Source: a virus
Taxonomy: Duplodnaviria; Caudoviricetes
Virus record (IMG/VR): IMGVR_UViG_3300037461_000445
Coordinates: 1 to 39,922 of that record
Length of the DNA stretch: 39,922 nt
Direction: 5' to 3' (one strand)
Below are positions 1 through 9,556 of this stretch, in pieces. Every line of letters begins with the position of its first letter. Within the stretch, counting starts at the first letter, position 1. The notes beneath the pieces are model-generated. The model made no database searches, was not told the DNA's origin, and was given only the letters and a program-made list of their open reading frames with translations. A program made the position numbers and the translations under genes.

Positions 1-127
1 GGGTTAGTTCTAAAAGAACCTTTCCGCAATCCGGACAGCGAATTTCTTTTATTTTCTCTGGCATCCTTTTTGACCTCGATTCCACCACCACCAAAAACAG
101 GAACAGGCTTTTCAATCGTTGGCGGAT
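1..127. repeat. 127-bp terminal direct repeat, identical to 39796-39922 (circular contig overlap)
   Basis: gggttagttctaaaag...cgttggcggat occurs at both ends; ORFs read continuously across the join; 127 is a common assembler k-mer length. Confidence 0.95.
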
Positions 128-224
128 TTAACCCCTGCTTTTTGCCTCCGCATGTACATTTAGGACTATCTTTTCGGCAATAGCATATTTTGGCCCCGCA
201 ATTTTCGCATGTGTGATAAGGCAT
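1..224 (-). CDS. Cys-rich small protein crossing the circular join (ATG at 224, stop at 39744; 91 aa); absent from the ORF track
   Basis: GGAGGTTGCTAA-ATG RBS; translation MPYHTCENCGAKICYCRKDSPKCTCGG...; 3' part overlaps the com-like gene in another frame. Confidence 0.55.
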   Translation of the reverse strand, partial: MPYHTCENCGAKICYCRKDSPKCTCGGKKQGLNPPTIEKPVPVFGGGGIEVKKDARENKRNSLSGLRKGSFRTN

Positions 225-265
225 TTAGCAACCTCCATTTGCCTGATTTGTTGCAAATTACGTGC

Positions 266-955
266 CTATTTGACCACCAGGCCGATCCCCTGATAGGAAA
301 AGATATCAATCTTGACCTTGCCGGGTATCTCCGCAAACACGCGGCCCACGTCAATGATCGAGTGCGTATCATGCAGGGCAATGATACCACCGTCACGGAC
401 GAACGGAGAGTAATTTTTGTAGTCGGCCATTTCACCGGCGTAGCTGTGATCTCCGTCGATGAAAAGCAGGTCGATTTTCTTCCCGTTTAGAGCGTTTTTC
501 AGGTGATCGATTGTTTCCTTGGCCGTGCTTTCGCCTGTGATTTTGATGCAATCCAGGTCATCGGCAAACCAAAAATCAAAAGTCCGGTCAATCGAAATAG
601 CGGTTTGCAGTTCAGGAGCAAAAAACTGCGCGATCCGCGAAATGGTGCCACCATGGAAAGAACCGATCTCAACCGCCGTTTCGATGTCGCCACCGAAATG
701 ATAAGCGATAGAAAGAAACGCTTCCAGCTCTCGCGGGCTCTGGTACGTGCGCACCTTGTACGGATTAATGCCCATCTCTGCCAGCTCTTTCGCCTGATTC
801 TCCAACACAGCCTTGGCGCTGTTTTGACGGTAATCATGCACGCATGTTTCCCATTCATTTATGGGGTGATCCTCTGGAAATTCCAGCAAGGAGCGCTGAA
901 TTTTCTGACACTCAGGACAAAACCGCCAATCAATTCCAAACTCAAATTTTTTCAT
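266..955 (-). CDS. class I SAM-dependent methyltransferase (Methyltransf_24-like; sugar/small-molecule O-methyltransferase type)
   Basis: VEIGSFHGGT motif I, IDLLFIDGDHSY, GGIIALHD; start MKKFEF in ATGA overlap with the upstream stop. Confidence 0.85.
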   Translation of the reverse strand: MKKFEFGIDWRFCPECQKIQRSLLEFPEDHPINEWETCVHDYRQNSAKAVLENQAKELAEMGINPYKVRTYQSPRELEAFLSIAYHFGGDIETAVEIGSFHGGTISRIAQFFAPELQTAISIDRTFDFWFADDLDCIKITGESTAKETIDHLKNALNGKKIDLLFIDGDHSYAGEMADYKNYSPFVRDGGIIALHDTHSIIDVGRVFAEIPGKVKIDIFSYQGIGLVVK

Positions 956-1170
956 ATCATTTCTCCTTTTACTTTGGCGCGAACTCTGCGCCGAAATTCT
1001 TTTAAATCTATTCGTTGATAATTTTTGCAATTGTTTTGTTCGTTTATAACCGAACAATATTGCTTTTGTGCGTGTTTCTCTGCGTACCAATCATCAACAA
1101 GATTTGACTCGTGGTCGCATCCGTGTTCTTTAAAAAAAACACACACAGAACAAAATGCCTTTCCACTCAT
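952..1170 (-). CDS. small Cys-rich hypothetical protein
   Basis: CSVC...C, C...C pattern; tightly coupled to both neighbours. Confidence 0.6.
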   Translation of the reverse strand: MSGKAFCSVCVFFKEHGCDHESNLVDDWYAEKHAQKQYCSVINEQNNCKNYQRIDLKEFRRRVRAKVKGEMI

Positions 1171-1171
1171 T

Positions 1172-1894
1172 TCAGAGTCCTTTCAGTTTTGAAGTGAATT
1201 TGTCCAACTCTTCATCATTTAATTGTTGTGCGTAAAAAATTTCTTGATCCCACGGAATGGGGCGCAGCCGGTCACAGCCGAACGGCCAGTATTTAAAATT
1301 TATCCCTGACGACCAAACCATGACTTCGTGGAATGCTTGCTCTAGTTTATTTACACCATCAGGCCAATTTTTGATCCTGTGCATTCTCTCAAGGAATGGC
1401 AAAAGATAACCATTCGACACGTAAAGAAACGAATTAGCCGCCCAGCCTGGTTTATAGCTGGAATTTTCACCGAAACCGTACCACATCCCGCATTGCTCCT
1501 GCGCCATTTTTACCGCCTTGTCCAGACCATAAACAAGGCAGTCTTGCTCGATATAGCACAAATCCATGTCGTTTGCCAAGGCGTAGGCAGCGGCAACCAG
1601 CATCGAGGCTATACCGTCGTGGCGATACGGAAGCAGACGAACATTTGTCGGAGAGTCAACGATTACAATGGTAACATTCTCTTCTTTTTTTGTGGCAATT
1701 CCAATATCCCCAGTTGGCTTTATATCGCAATCGCTGATATAAATATGAAACGCTCTTGCTTCGACCTGGCCTGTGATCATTGGAAACCAGTACTGTGCAA
1801 GATAATTTGATTCACTTTGTCTTGCCGACCTTCCAAGACCTTTATGGCCCTCGTTGTGAGCACACCAACAGGTAGCATACAGCACTCTTTTCAT
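1172..1894 (-). CDS. putative GT-A fold glycosyltransferase-like protein
   Basis: DLCYIEQDCLV resembles a hydrophobic strand plus DxD-like motif; lies within a GT cluster. Confidence 0.45.
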   Translation of the reverse strand: MKRVLYATCWCAHNEGHKGLGRSARQSESNYLAQYWFPMITGQVEARAFHIYISDCDIKPTGDIGIATKKEENVTIVIVDSPTNVRLLPYRHDGIASMLVAAAYALANDMDLCYIEQDCLVYGLDKAVKMAQEQCGMWYGFGENSSYKPGWAANSFLYVSNGYLLPFLERMHRIKNWPDGVNKLEQAFHEVMVWSSGINFKYWPFGCDRLRPIPWDQEIFYAQQLNDEELDKFTSKLKGL

Positions 1895-2799
1895 TTTTTC
1901 ACCTCGCCAATCATTTTATCAATTGCCGCCATGATATTTATGCAGCGGCTTTCGTCTTTCATCAGGCAAATTGCTTTACCGGCCGGCGCCTTGACCCGCC
2001 AATCAGGTTCAGTATATCCCCACGCGACAACCGGAGATCCGGCGGCGCTGGCAAGGTGCATGGTGCCGGTGTCCTTGCCGACCGTTAGCGCCGCGTGTTT
2101 CAAAATGTATGCCGATTCTTGCAGCTTTAATTTGCCGCGCATGTCAAAAACCCATCGTTCATCGGTCGGCTCGTATACGCCATTAAGCGGGAGATCAACG
2201 CCGATGATTACAACGCTGTCAATTTTCTTTTCCCTTACCAGCTTGTCAAGGTGAATCCAAAGCCGATTAACAATATACGGCTCTGCGTTTTTGAAGGCCG
2301 CCTTGTCGATGTTGCGAACAGACAGGCAAACGTAACGCCCGTACTGAGACAGATCAACACGTTTCGGCCTGAACCAGAGCGCCGGGTAAACGCCCTTTGT
2401 TGCCAATGCGCACGCCTCACGGGCGACGTTATAGCGGATAATACTTTTGTGGTCAGGACATTGGAGCATGTTCGTGGTAGATGCCCAGAAAAACTTTGTT
2501 GGTTTGCGATTTCTGATTACCTCTTTCGGATCACAAAAACCAAGCAGCTCCATCATTTCGTCCGGATTCTGCTTGCGATAATAACGCAACACGCCTTCCA
2601 ATACAACCCGGTCGCCCATCATAGAGTCCATGGGGGAAAAAAGCGTCAAAGCTCCCGGTATGTTGCGCTTGTACTTTTCATCGAAAATAATAGTATAGCA
2701 CAACGGACACCGCCACCCGCGGGCTTTGTGGCGTTTGATATTTTGCTTATCGTCGCTCGTTACCACCTTCCCACCGCAGCGCGTACAAGTATATTTCAT
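1891..2799 (-). CDS. glycosyltransferase family 9 (heptosyltransferase-like) with N-terminal zinc ribbon
   Basis: MGDRVVLEGVLRYYRKQNPD; DMRGKLKLQESAYILKHA; VGKDTGTMHLASAAGSPVVAW are GT9 hallmarks; N-terminal CTRC...CPLC. Confidence 0.85.
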   Translation of the reverse strand: MKYTCTRCGGKVVTSDDKQNIKRHKARGWRCPLCYTIIFDEKYKRNIPGALTLFSPMDSMMGDRVVLEGVLRYYRKQNPDEMMELLGFCDPKEVIRNRKPTKFFWASTTNMLQCPDHKSIIRYNVAREACALATKGVYPALWFRPKRVDLSQYGRYVCLSVRNIDKAAFKNAEPYIVNRLWIHLDKLVREKKIDSVVIIGVDLPLNGVYEPTDERWVFDMRGKLKLQESAYILKHAALTVGKDTGTMHLASAAGSPVVAWGYTEPDWRVKAPAGKAICLMKDESRCINIMAAIDKMIGEVKK

Positions 2800-3485
2800 C
2801 GCGACCCTTTCATTTTATTCCAATATCTTTTCTTATCTGATTCTATGCATTCTTTACGCCGATCTCCCTCCGATCCAGTGGTTAGTGTCTCGCCCCAGAT
2901 ATGTATAGCCTTTGCTTCCGAGCAATGAAATTTTATTTTGCCAGCTATGACCGCTCGATTGAAAAAATCAGAGTCATCATAATACAGCTCGAATCGTTCA
3001 TCAAACAGACCGATCTTTTTAAACGTATCGGCTGAAATTACGCAAAACGAAGCCCCATAATCAGTATAGAATTTTACACCGTCTGGCCCGGGCCTGAAAG
3101 AAGACGTTTCGCCGCAGACAACACCGGCTTTCTTTTGTACGAGTGTTTCGCACAGGGTATGGATTGCGCCCTGTCGGGAGATAAAAACATCGGAATCAAG
3201 CAAGACTATGTTGGGAAATTCGCCGCCGTTCTTTTCTTTTGCAATCTGGATCAACTTGTTTCGTCCCCTTGATATTCCGAGATTGTTTTCCACGCGACGG
3301 ACTGTCGTGCCACTGCCGGCGCGAGCCATGATCTCTATCCCGCACGAATCGGTTGACCCGTTATCGAGAGCAATAACCGGATAGCGGACGGATTGCTCAA
3401 AAGACTTTTCGAGGAAATAAAAGAACGGCGCCACAAGGTCAAAATTGTTCCGGAACAAAACGCAAATGTACGTATTACGATTCAT
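2796..3485 (-). CDS. glycosyltransferase family 2
   Basis: ALDNGSTD, NNLGISRGRN, LLDSD (DxD), GLFDERFELYYDDSDF. Confidence 0.9.
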   Translation of the reverse strand: MNRNTYICVLFRNNFDLVAPFFYFLEKSFEQSVRYPVIALDNGSTDSCGIEIMARAGSGTTVRRVENNLGISRGRNKLIQIAKEKNGGEFPNIVLLDSDVFISRQGAIHTLCETLVQKKAGVVCGETSSFRPGPDGVKFYTDYGASFCVISADTFKKIGLFDERFELYYDDSDFFNRAVIAGKIKFHCSEAKAIHIWGETLTTGSEGDRRKECIESDKKRYWNKMKGSR

Positions 3486-4284
3486 ACGCCCGCCACATGG
3501 CCGCTGTCATAATGTCAATTTCGTCCTTGATGAACTTTGGCAATTGATTGTAAAAATCCTTGTAAATATTCGTCTTTGCTATTTCTTTGAACTGCTGGTA
3601 AAACAAAGGATAATTCGCGTCCGGCTGATTGGTCTTTAAAAGCTCATCCCACCGCCCAAGGACGCGAGAATGTCCCAAATGCAGACCGTCGTAGTAAAAT
3701 TCTTTGTGGTTTGGGATTTCAAAGCCGCAATCTTTAAGCAGGCAGTAAAGTGCGTGCTGGTTGTCATTGCGTCCTAATTTTGGATTGAAATATTGATCAT
3801 CAAAATAAAAATCCTCTCTTGCATTTTTCATCTTTTCCAGATATTGCCTTTCATCATTCTGGAAAAAATGAATACCGGTTACCCTGTTGCCCCTTGTCCG
3901 CGGGTCATCAATACCGCACGTGTTCGAGAATGGGAGGTTTTGCTTTTCGCATATTGCAAGGTGTTTTTCTAATAACGTCGGCTTGTCACGCATGATTAAA
4001 ATATCAATATCGCCGATGTAAACGGCTTTATATCTCTCATAGCCTTTATGGATTATTTTCCAGCGTGCAAATTTCGTTGGCATGGTGCCGACTTCGGTTT
4101 TTATATACAGTCTATTACAATCACAAAAGTTTAACTGTTCCTCAACGCTTCCCTCTATAACATCCATAAATGTTATCGCAATGTCATGCTCAGGATACGC
4201 CTCTTGTGCGAACAAGCAAAACATCGGCACATAATATTGATACGCACCGTCAACAAACATCGAAACCAATAGCTCATTGTCCAT
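3475..4284 (-). CDS. putative GT-A glycosyltransferase (GT8-like)
   Basis: FARW...YKAVYIGDIDILI DxD motif; NDNQHALY resembles the GT8 DQ motif. Confidence 0.6.
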   Translation of the reverse strand: MDNELLVSMFVDGAYQYYVPMFCLFAQEAYPEHDIAITFMDVIEGSVEEQLNFCDCNRLYIKTEVGTMPTKFARWKIIHKGYERYKAVYIGDIDILIMRDKPTLLEKHLAICEKQNLPFSNTCGIDDPRTRGNRVTGIHFFQNDERQYLEKMKNAREDFYFDDQYFNPKLGRNDNQHALYCLLKDCGFEIPNHKEFYYDGLHLGHSRVLGRWDELLKTNQPDANYPLFYQQFKEIAKTNIYKDFYNQLPKFIKDEIDIMTAAMWRAYES

Positions 4285-5318
4285 CAACCGTGCCTTTCAT
4301 TTAAAAACTCTTCGATTTCGTTTCGCGTGTACCTGTCGGTGTACGGGTCTCGCGTGTGTCGCTCCTGGATCGTCCCGTCCCATGAATAGAGCGGGATCCG
4401 CGTGCAGCAGCAATGCGGATGTGTAGAGCTGACCGGCTCCGGCCCCTCGCCGCGTCGCCACGTCTTGCCTGCAAAGTGCATACAGATAGGGCAGGCACTC
4501 GGTGCGGCTGACCATTTCTCGAAATTGGTCTTGTTCTTTTCCGCCATTGCGTTATGAGCGGCGTTTGACGCAAGGACGGCCTCAGAGCGGGCGATGCGTA
4601 GCCAGTACCAGGACGCACCCTCACCAACTTTTTTGTGAAGGTACCGGGCGACGTTGATAGGATATTCGCCGTTATTTGCCATATCGATAAGTGCGGATAT
4701 GACCTGCTTTAGATTGTCCTTGGCAACCTGCGTTTTAATCCGCTTGGCAGCGGTCTCCAGCATGGCCTTGTAGTAGTGCTCCTCAGGATCGGCCATAATA
4801 CCGACTACCAAATCAGCAGGGTAACCTTCCGGCAAACCATCGACAATATCTTTTTTCGTGTGATCTACGCCAATGACAAAAGCGCGGTCGGAATGGTGCC
4901 GGAATAGCGGCATTTCGTCATCGGCTTTTCGGCCAACAACCTTTTTCTCCGTACCGAACAGGTCAACAATCCATTCGTCGAAAATGCGCCTCAATCCGGA
5001 TCGCATGCGGTCGGTAAATTCAAAGGCGCCCACTTGCCGGCCACTGCCTTCCAGTACATGAGAACGAACAGAATCTATTTGCGGCAGGCGAAGCAGGGCC
5101 AGCATGTCGATTTCTTTTGCCGTCACCAATCCCATATAATCGGTGAACGCCGCTTTATGTTCTTCGCGCATGTCTTTCCATCGATGCGGCTTGGCAGCCA
5201 GGGCCATTTCGGTGATGGACGGAGACTTGATATGCGTTTCACAGGTGCAGCAGCCGAACAGGTGCGCTTCGTGTTCGGGAGGTTCGAGACCTTTTTGGAT
5301 TGAAATTATTCTATTCAT
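4284..5318 (-). CDS. phage head morphogenesis protein (SPP1 gp7/MuF-like)
   Basis: RIARSE, CPIC and THPHCCC C-terminal motifs; follows portal. Confidence 0.85.
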   Translation of the reverse strand: MNRIISIQKGLEPPEHEAHLFGCCTCETHIKSPSITEMALAAKPHRWKDMREEHKAAFTDYMGLVTAKEIDMLALLRLPQIDSVRSHVLEGSGRQVGAFEFTDRMRSGLRRIFDEWIVDLFGTEKKVVGRKADDEMPLFRHHSDRAFVIGVDHTKKDIVDGLPEGYPADLVVGIMADPEEHYYKAMLETAAKRIKTQVAKDNLKQVISALIDMANNGEYPINVARYLHKKVGEGASWYWLRIARSEAVLASNAAHNAMAEKNKTNFEKWSAAPSACPICMHFAGKTWRRGEGPEPVSSTHPHCCCTRIPLYSWDGTIQERHTRDPYTDRYTRNEIEEFLNERHG

Positions 5319-5986
5319 GCAGCCTCAAAATCAAGCTTTAATTGCGCCTTGAATCGCTCGAAACGCTCACAACCAGCGGAGAAATAATAAGGATCAAGCT
5401 CACAGCCGTAAAAATCAAAGTCCATATCATAAGCAGCAATCCGGCTTGACTGACTGCCCATGTGCGTGTCAAGAATCTTGTCGCTTGGCTTGGCGTAGTT
5501 TTTCAAGAGCCAGCGGTATAGGGCTACTGGTTTTTGATTTGGATGAATGCGAAATTCTTTGTTTTTCATATCTCCCTGCAGCATTCCGGACCAGCGAAAT
5601 CGAAAAATCATAACAGCCGAAGTAAAGCTTGTCCATGCCAATTCACAATCAGCAAAATCACTATTTCCGTTTTCTTTATCCCACACTACCCAGCAGCTTG
5701 AATCTTTTGAAAATTTACTGATAAAATGATTTGCACCAAAAATTATTTGATTTTTTGATACTCTGAAAAGTTCTATGAAATATTTTTCATCAGCTGAAAT
5801 ATCGTCAGTGCTTTCATATGGTTTATAATCTTTTGCTATTGCCATTTTACTGCGTGTATGATTTTTTGAACCATCCTCACCAATTCCGTATGGACTATCA
5901 ATAATCGCAAGCTCAAAATACTTGTCCGGATACCGCGCCATGAATTCCATGCAATCGCAGTTTTCAACGTGTGAAATTCTATTCAT
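5315..5986 (-). CDS. DNA methyltransferase (N6/N4 beta class, orphan)
   Basis: DCMEFM, IIDSPYG (DPPY-like), WDKENG, HPNQKPVALY, LDTHMGSQSS, GCELD. Confidence 0.9.
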   Translation of the reverse strand: MNRISHVENCDCMEFMARYPDKYFELAIIDSPYGIGEDGSKNHTRSKMAIAKDYKPYESTDDISADEKYFIELFRVSKNQIIFGANHFISKFSKDSSCWVVWDKENGNSDFADCELAWTSFTSAVMIFRFRWSGMLQGDMKNKEFRIHPNQKPVALYRWLLKNYAKPSDKILDTHMGSQSSRIAAYDMDFDFYGCELDPYYFSAGCERFERFKAQLKLDFEAA

Positions 5987-7352
5987 TTTTTGCCATTAAT
6001 TTTACCCAACGCTCAGTCTGATACTTGGCGTATCGCTCCTCAACCAATTTCAAAACCTGCTCGCGCCCTATTCGACGGACGGTCTCTCGTTTGATTTCTC
6101 CTATTTCGATCAACCAGTCCAAAATATCACCGTTTTTCATAAATCCCGCATCTCGCAGAAATAGCTTGTACTCGATTTCTTTGGCTCGGGCCTGCGTATT
6201 TTGAAAATGTGCGCTTGCTTGCTCGGCCTCGTCCTGCAGATTGACCGGTTGCCATTCGTGCTTCCACTTTGCGCCTGCTTTGCCGTTGACTATCAGCATC
6301 ATGTCGATATGCTGTTCAATGACCGGATCAAACGCCTTTCGGTCGTTCTCAATTTCGCTGACCAGCATATCGGCCTGTTGCGTGCTCATGCGCTCGGTCG
6401 TGCTCCAGGACAGGCCGTACATGAACGGCGGCAGACTAAACCGCGCGATGACTTGCTCGGTTGCGCTGCGATAAGGGACGGTGATATCAAAATATTTCGC
6501 GTCAGCGCCTAAAATCTTTACGACAAAAGAACCACCCGGGCCCGTAGAGAAACCAAGGTCTTTTATGCCGCCGCGTCGGCGGGCGTTCATCGACTCGGTG
6601 ATCTGTTCGCGGAATCCCTCAATTGCTTTCTGTGCGTCCTGCGGTTCCTCGCGGTCGCCGGGCGTGTAAACGGCGTACATGGTCGGGTCACCGATACGCC
6701 ATATCGTGTTATCGGTCGCGGTCTGGATGCGCATCAGAATGCCAGCCAGAAACGGAATCGAAGCCAGCATAGAAACACCCTGCGGGTAACCGTCGCGCAG
6801 ATCAAAGGCGCCGTACTTTATCAGGTCTTGCCGGTCAAGGGTGATCGGCATCATTGCGCCTTCCAAGACCTGACAGAGTTCATAGCGTCCGGTCTCTTTA
6901 TTTTTACGAAACCGAAAATCATTTGCGCGGAGGACGTTCAGGCGGTCGATGTAGGTTAGATTTTCATCGGCGACAATCTCGGAAACAAAAAAACCTTTTG
7001 CGTACACAGAATCAATGACCTGATTTTGGTACGACCGCCAGCCCTTTGAGACGTGTCCCACTCTGACGTTGCGGTAAAAGTCATCAAGCAGGGTTTGGAC
7101 GGAATCGTTACCCATGCCGTCAAGCGTAAAATCGCCGATCAGGCGGGAGCGCTTTAAAACAGCCGCGTCACAGATCGGCAGGGCCTCGCGTATCATATCA
7201 TATATTTTAAGGTCAGCCTTAAGCGGCATGTAGCCCTGGAAGGTATGCGCAAACGGATTTTCCCAATAATCGCGGGCCTGCGCACGAACAGCAACACGCG
7301 ATTCTTGGGGTTTTTCCGCTTTGAAAATATTCAACAGGTTTTTAAGATTCAT
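5979..7352 (-). CDS. portal protein
   Basis: ~457 aa directly after terL; GYPQGVSML, FSLPPFMYG patterns; TAATG coupling with the terL stop. Confidence 0.8.
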   Translation of the reverse strand: MNLKNLLNIFKAEKPQESRVAVRAQARDYWENPFAHTFQGYMPLKADLKIYDMIREALPICDAAVLKRSRLIGDFTLDGMGNDSVQTLLDDFYRNVRVGHVSKGWRSYQNQVIDSVYAKGFFVSEIVADENLTYIDRLNVLRANDFRFRKNKETGRYELCQVLEGAMMPITLDRQDLIKYGAFDLRDGYPQGVSMLASIPFLAGILMRIQTATDNTIWRIGDPTMYAVYTPGDREEPQDAQKAIEGFREQITESMNARRRGGIKDLGFSTGPGGSFVVKILGADAKYFDITVPYRSATEQVIARFSLPPFMYGLSWSTTERMSTQQADMLVSEIENDRKAFDPVIEQHIDMMLIVNGKAGAKWKHEWQPVNLQDEAEQASAHFQNTQARAKEIEYKLFLRDAGFMKNGDILDWLIEIGEIKRETVRRIGREQVLKLVEERYAKYQTERWVKLMAKNE

Positions 7353-8794
7353 TACTTTCTTTCTCCACTTGATACATGGCCCCAGCTTCCGCCGCCGGGC
7401 CAAAAGGAAAGAGCGACAGCATCGGCCTTGTCAGGCGACCGGCCTATTGATTTTTTTATGTCATCTTTGGGAACCATCTGCACCTTGCCGCTGGATGTTG
7501 GGAACCATGTCAGCGCCGTAAGTTCTTCAGTTAACTCGTCATCAGGCGGCAATGCAAGATTAATGCCAAACTTTGGGTCAAGAGCGTCACGCACGGCCCA
7601 ATAGCAATATGCCCGCATGTTTAGGAAATCCCGCTCGCCGGTCTTGTCGTGGTACAAACAACCGTCCGAAAATTTAGCCGACGTTGCGCTGATATTCATT
7701 TCTTTTAACCGGCTGTACACGCCCGCACCCTCGCCGATGGTGTCAATAAAAAGCTTTTTTGCTTTCAGATTTTTCAAACGGCCGGCCGTGACCATGTGAT
7801 CAGCCTTGGCAAACAACTCTAATTTCTCAATGACATTTCCGCGCCGGTGTGCAAATACCGTGTTGTCGTTTCCCATGCCCGCAATGTCAGCACCAATGAG
7901 CAACGGCCCGTCGCCGATGCTTTTCTCTCGCCACCGGTCGTTAGCCGCTTCGACCCAGCCAAGCGGGATCAACTGATCATCTGCCTCACGCGGGAATTCG
8001 CCAAGCATTTTTACCCGGCAAATGTCGGACGGCCTGTACCATTGCCCGTCGAATTTAAAATCTGCAAAGGTCGCTACGTCTACTTGTGGCTGTTCTATTT
8101 TTGTCACCCAGCCGGGTTTGCGCAGCTTTTCAACGATCCACTCGTAATCTATTTGCCCGGGGATGAGAATCTTTTTCGCCCGCACGTTGGGCGAGGAAAA
8201 CACGGACAACTTGAATTTCGCATACAACGGAGACCGTGTTGACTGGTACGCCTCACCCTGGCAGCGCACGGGGTTAAACATCAAAACAAGACGCGGATTC
8301 TCGCCAGCTAAAATTCCCTCTATGGCGTTGAATGTTTCATCCGGAACGCCGGACGCTTCGGTAATCACTATCATCGAATGCGGGCTGTTGTATCCAGTCC
8401 ATGACTCTTGCTTGTTCTTGTTGCTCACGAACCCGATCAAAAACCAATTCGGATCATTCGGCATCATGACCCTGTGGGTCTGTACGTCGCCGCCAAGCGG
8501 GATCCTCGCGTTTCGGTGAATGCTGGATATCTCCGCCATCATAATGCTTTCTACCTGCCGATCTGTGGGCGCCGTCTCGATCACCTTAGCCGGATAATTG
8601 TTGTACAAATAGCAGAGTGAAGCAACAGCAGCAACATAATCCTTGCCGCGCCGGTGGCAGGACGTGACGCTCGTTCGCCGGCTGGTCTGGATAGCTTCTA
8701 ATATCCGACGCTGCACTCGGTCAAGCCGCACGCCCAAACAGTCGCGGGCGAATTTGTTCCAATCATTTTGGTTTGCTGAAATTTCCGATATCAT
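7352..8794 (-). CDS. terL: terminase large subunit
   Basis: Walker A-like HRRGKD, TAPT.RQ, ITEASG Walker B variant, FNP coupling motif, RNase H nuclease GADIAG...IDTIG...GRSPDKADA. Confidence 0.92.
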   Translation of the reverse strand: MISEISANQNDWNKFARDCLGVRLDRVQRRILEAIQTSRRTSVTSCHRRGKDYVAAVASLCYLYNNYPAKVIETAPTDRQVESIMMAEISSIHRNARIPLGGDVQTHRVMMPNDPNWFLIGFVSNKNKQESWTGYNSPHSMIVITEASGVPDETFNAIEGILAGENPRLVLMFNPVRCQGEAYQSTRSPLYAKFKLSVFSSPNVRAKKILIPGQIDYEWIVEKLRKPGWVTKIEQPQVDVATFADFKFDGQWYRPSDICRVKMLGEFPREADDQLIPLGWVEAANDRWREKSIGDGPLLIGADIAGMGNDNTVFAHRRGNVIEKLELFAKADHMVTAGRLKNLKAKKLFIDTIGEGAGVYSRLKEMNISATSAKFSDGCLYHDKTGERDFLNMRAYCYWAVRDALDPKFGINLALPPDDELTEELTALTWFPTSSGKVQMVPKDDIKKSIGRSPDKADAVALSFWPGGGSWGHVSSGERK

Positions 8795-9297
8795 TTCTTT
8801 TTATCTTCGTGCATCTTAACCCATTCGGCGTATGTCGATGGGGTCGCCACTGTTCCGGACAATTCTTTTTTCTCGGGTGCGTAAAATCCTAAAATCCTGT
8901 TGCGTTCAGCTATGCACCACCCGAGACGCTCCAAGAAACGGGGATCACCAACATCTTTCCATTTTTTCAAAGACTCGTTTTCAAATGCTCCATCTTTCAT
9001 TGAACCCGATCTTTTCGTCAGCTCTTTTTTTATGCCAATAGATTTTTTCCAGGCGTTATAAGCTTCGATTTCCAAAAAATCAATTTTGTGCAGTTGCTTT
9101 ATTTTTGCTTTGCTAAAATCGTAAAGCGCAGAGTCAAGCCATTCTTCTTGCATGGTATCGAGATACTTACTCACGGTCTTTTGACTGCATCCAAGTACCT
9201 TGCCAATCTCGGCTTGCGTCATGCTCTGATAGAGGTACATTTCAGCGATGCGCTTCTTGTGCCTGATGATCTCAGAACCTTTGTAAGGACGACCCAT
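8791..9297 (-). CDS. terS: terminase small subunit (HTH)
   Basis: MGRP start, HTH MTQAEIGKVLGCSQKTVSKYL, ERNRILGFYAPEK; ATGA overlap with terL. Confidence 0.75.
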   Translation of the reverse strand: MGRPYKGSEIIRHKKRIAEMYLYQSMTQAEIGKVLGCSQKTVSKYLDTMQEEWLDSALYDFSKAKIKQLHKIDFLEIEAYNAWKKSIGIKKELTKRSGSMKDGAFENESLKKWKDVGDPRFLERLGWCIAERNRILGFYAPEKKELSGTVATPSTYAEWVKMHEDKKK

Positions 9298-9325
9298 ACT
9301 TATAAAATACCTTAACTTAAATGAT

Positions 9326-9556
9326 TTAAATATCTTTACCGTTTTCGGCACAAACCCGATGATTTAAAAAATTCGTGAAATCCTCTGCATCTTTGAACGT
9401 CATAACGTGCCGTGGTGACTCTGATTTGTGAATCTGCCCGATAATCTGGATCGTCCCGTTTGACCTGATGCGCGCCTCTGTTCGGTACGCTCCGGCCTCG
9501 GTCTCTCTCAAATATCTGGCAACTCGATCAATATCCAATTCGCTTTTCATGTTCAT
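9326..9556 (-). CDS. hypothetical protein
   Basis: ORF in operon orientation, no recognisable motif. Confidence 0.5.
   Translation of the reverse strand: MNMKSELDIDRVARYLRETEAGAYRTEARIRSNGTIQIIGQIHKSESPRHVMTFKDAEDFTNFLNHRVCAENGKDI

Noticed and set aside
1-127. Biological direct terminal repeat
   Set aside because: The length equals a standard assembler k-mer and it cuts through coding sequence; best read as a circularisation overlap
266-4284. DNA hypermodification or O-antigen conversion (gtrABC-like) cluster
   Set aside because: No base-hydroxylating or nucleotide enzymes, no membrane flippase or polytopic GT, and the late-operon position fits neither; disfavoured but not excluded
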